Positions 35,701 to 35,838 of a stretch of DNA of 35,838 nucleotides are shown one piece after another. Below the pieces are notes generated by a model. It made no database searches and was not told the origin of the DNA. It saw only the letters and a program-made list of their open reading frames with translations. Origin of the DNA: Hydrurus foetidus (taxonomy: Eukaryota); contig UYFQ01000210.1 in the NCBI GenBank assembly GCA_900617105.1, positions 1 through 35,838 of the forward strand, given 5' to 3'. The translations under genes were made by a program, and so were the position numbers. How positions within the stretch are numbered: position 1 is the stretch's first letter; each line of letters opens with the position of its first letter.

Positions 35701-35838
35701 ATTAAGTCTTCCATTTGTACAAAGAATTATAAATAGTTCTATACACGAAACTACAGGCGTAGCACCTGCTAGTATGTTGTTCGGGAATCAAGTAAATCTT
35801 GATAGAGGTATTCTTATACCCAATCCGGTAATTCGAAA
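32745..35838 (+). CDS. Gypsy pol (protease C-terminal part, RT, RNase H, integrase) with one frameshift at ~33811; incomplete at window end
   Basis: RFCIDYR, MDLTAGYHQ, LPFG, YLDD (34220), YTDASDYGIG, HTDH, ADGLSR, HHCC zinc finger, IDFIGP, RSDKG, VERAN. Confidence 0.93.

Larger units (their letters stand above)
27703..35838 (+). mobile_element. Ty3/gypsy LTR retrotransposon family 2, internally disrupted, runs off window
   Basis: 5' LTR, gag start, then PR-RT-RNaseH-integrase order. Confidence 0.93.

Overview
Eukaryotic, intron-rich genomic DNA; a stramenopile is inferred from the transposon types but not proven. The centrepiece is a 24-exon gene (10892-22913, +) that I spliced by hand. Every intron is GT-AG and the frame is preserved, giving about 2339 aa with the architecture cNMP-binding x2, CaMKK-like Ser/Thr kinase, response-regulator receiver, low-complexity linker, PP2C phosphatase. 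To its left is a ~5.93 kb tandem duplication (1-5246 / 5247-11178). Each unit holds the 5' half of a Ty3/gypsy LTR retrotransposon inserted in a decayed Crypton-type tyrosine-recombinase element, plus the start of the signalling gene. To its right are a TA-flanked MITE, an intronless sulfotransferase-family gene, an orphan ORF and a second, related gypsy element. That element has most of gag replaced by foreign DNA containing a tRNA-like sequence and an intron-containing IS630/Tc1/mariner transposon with a long catalytic-domain insertion. Both gypsy families carry a perfect 12-bp palindrome with compensatory changes where a tRNA primer-binding site should be.
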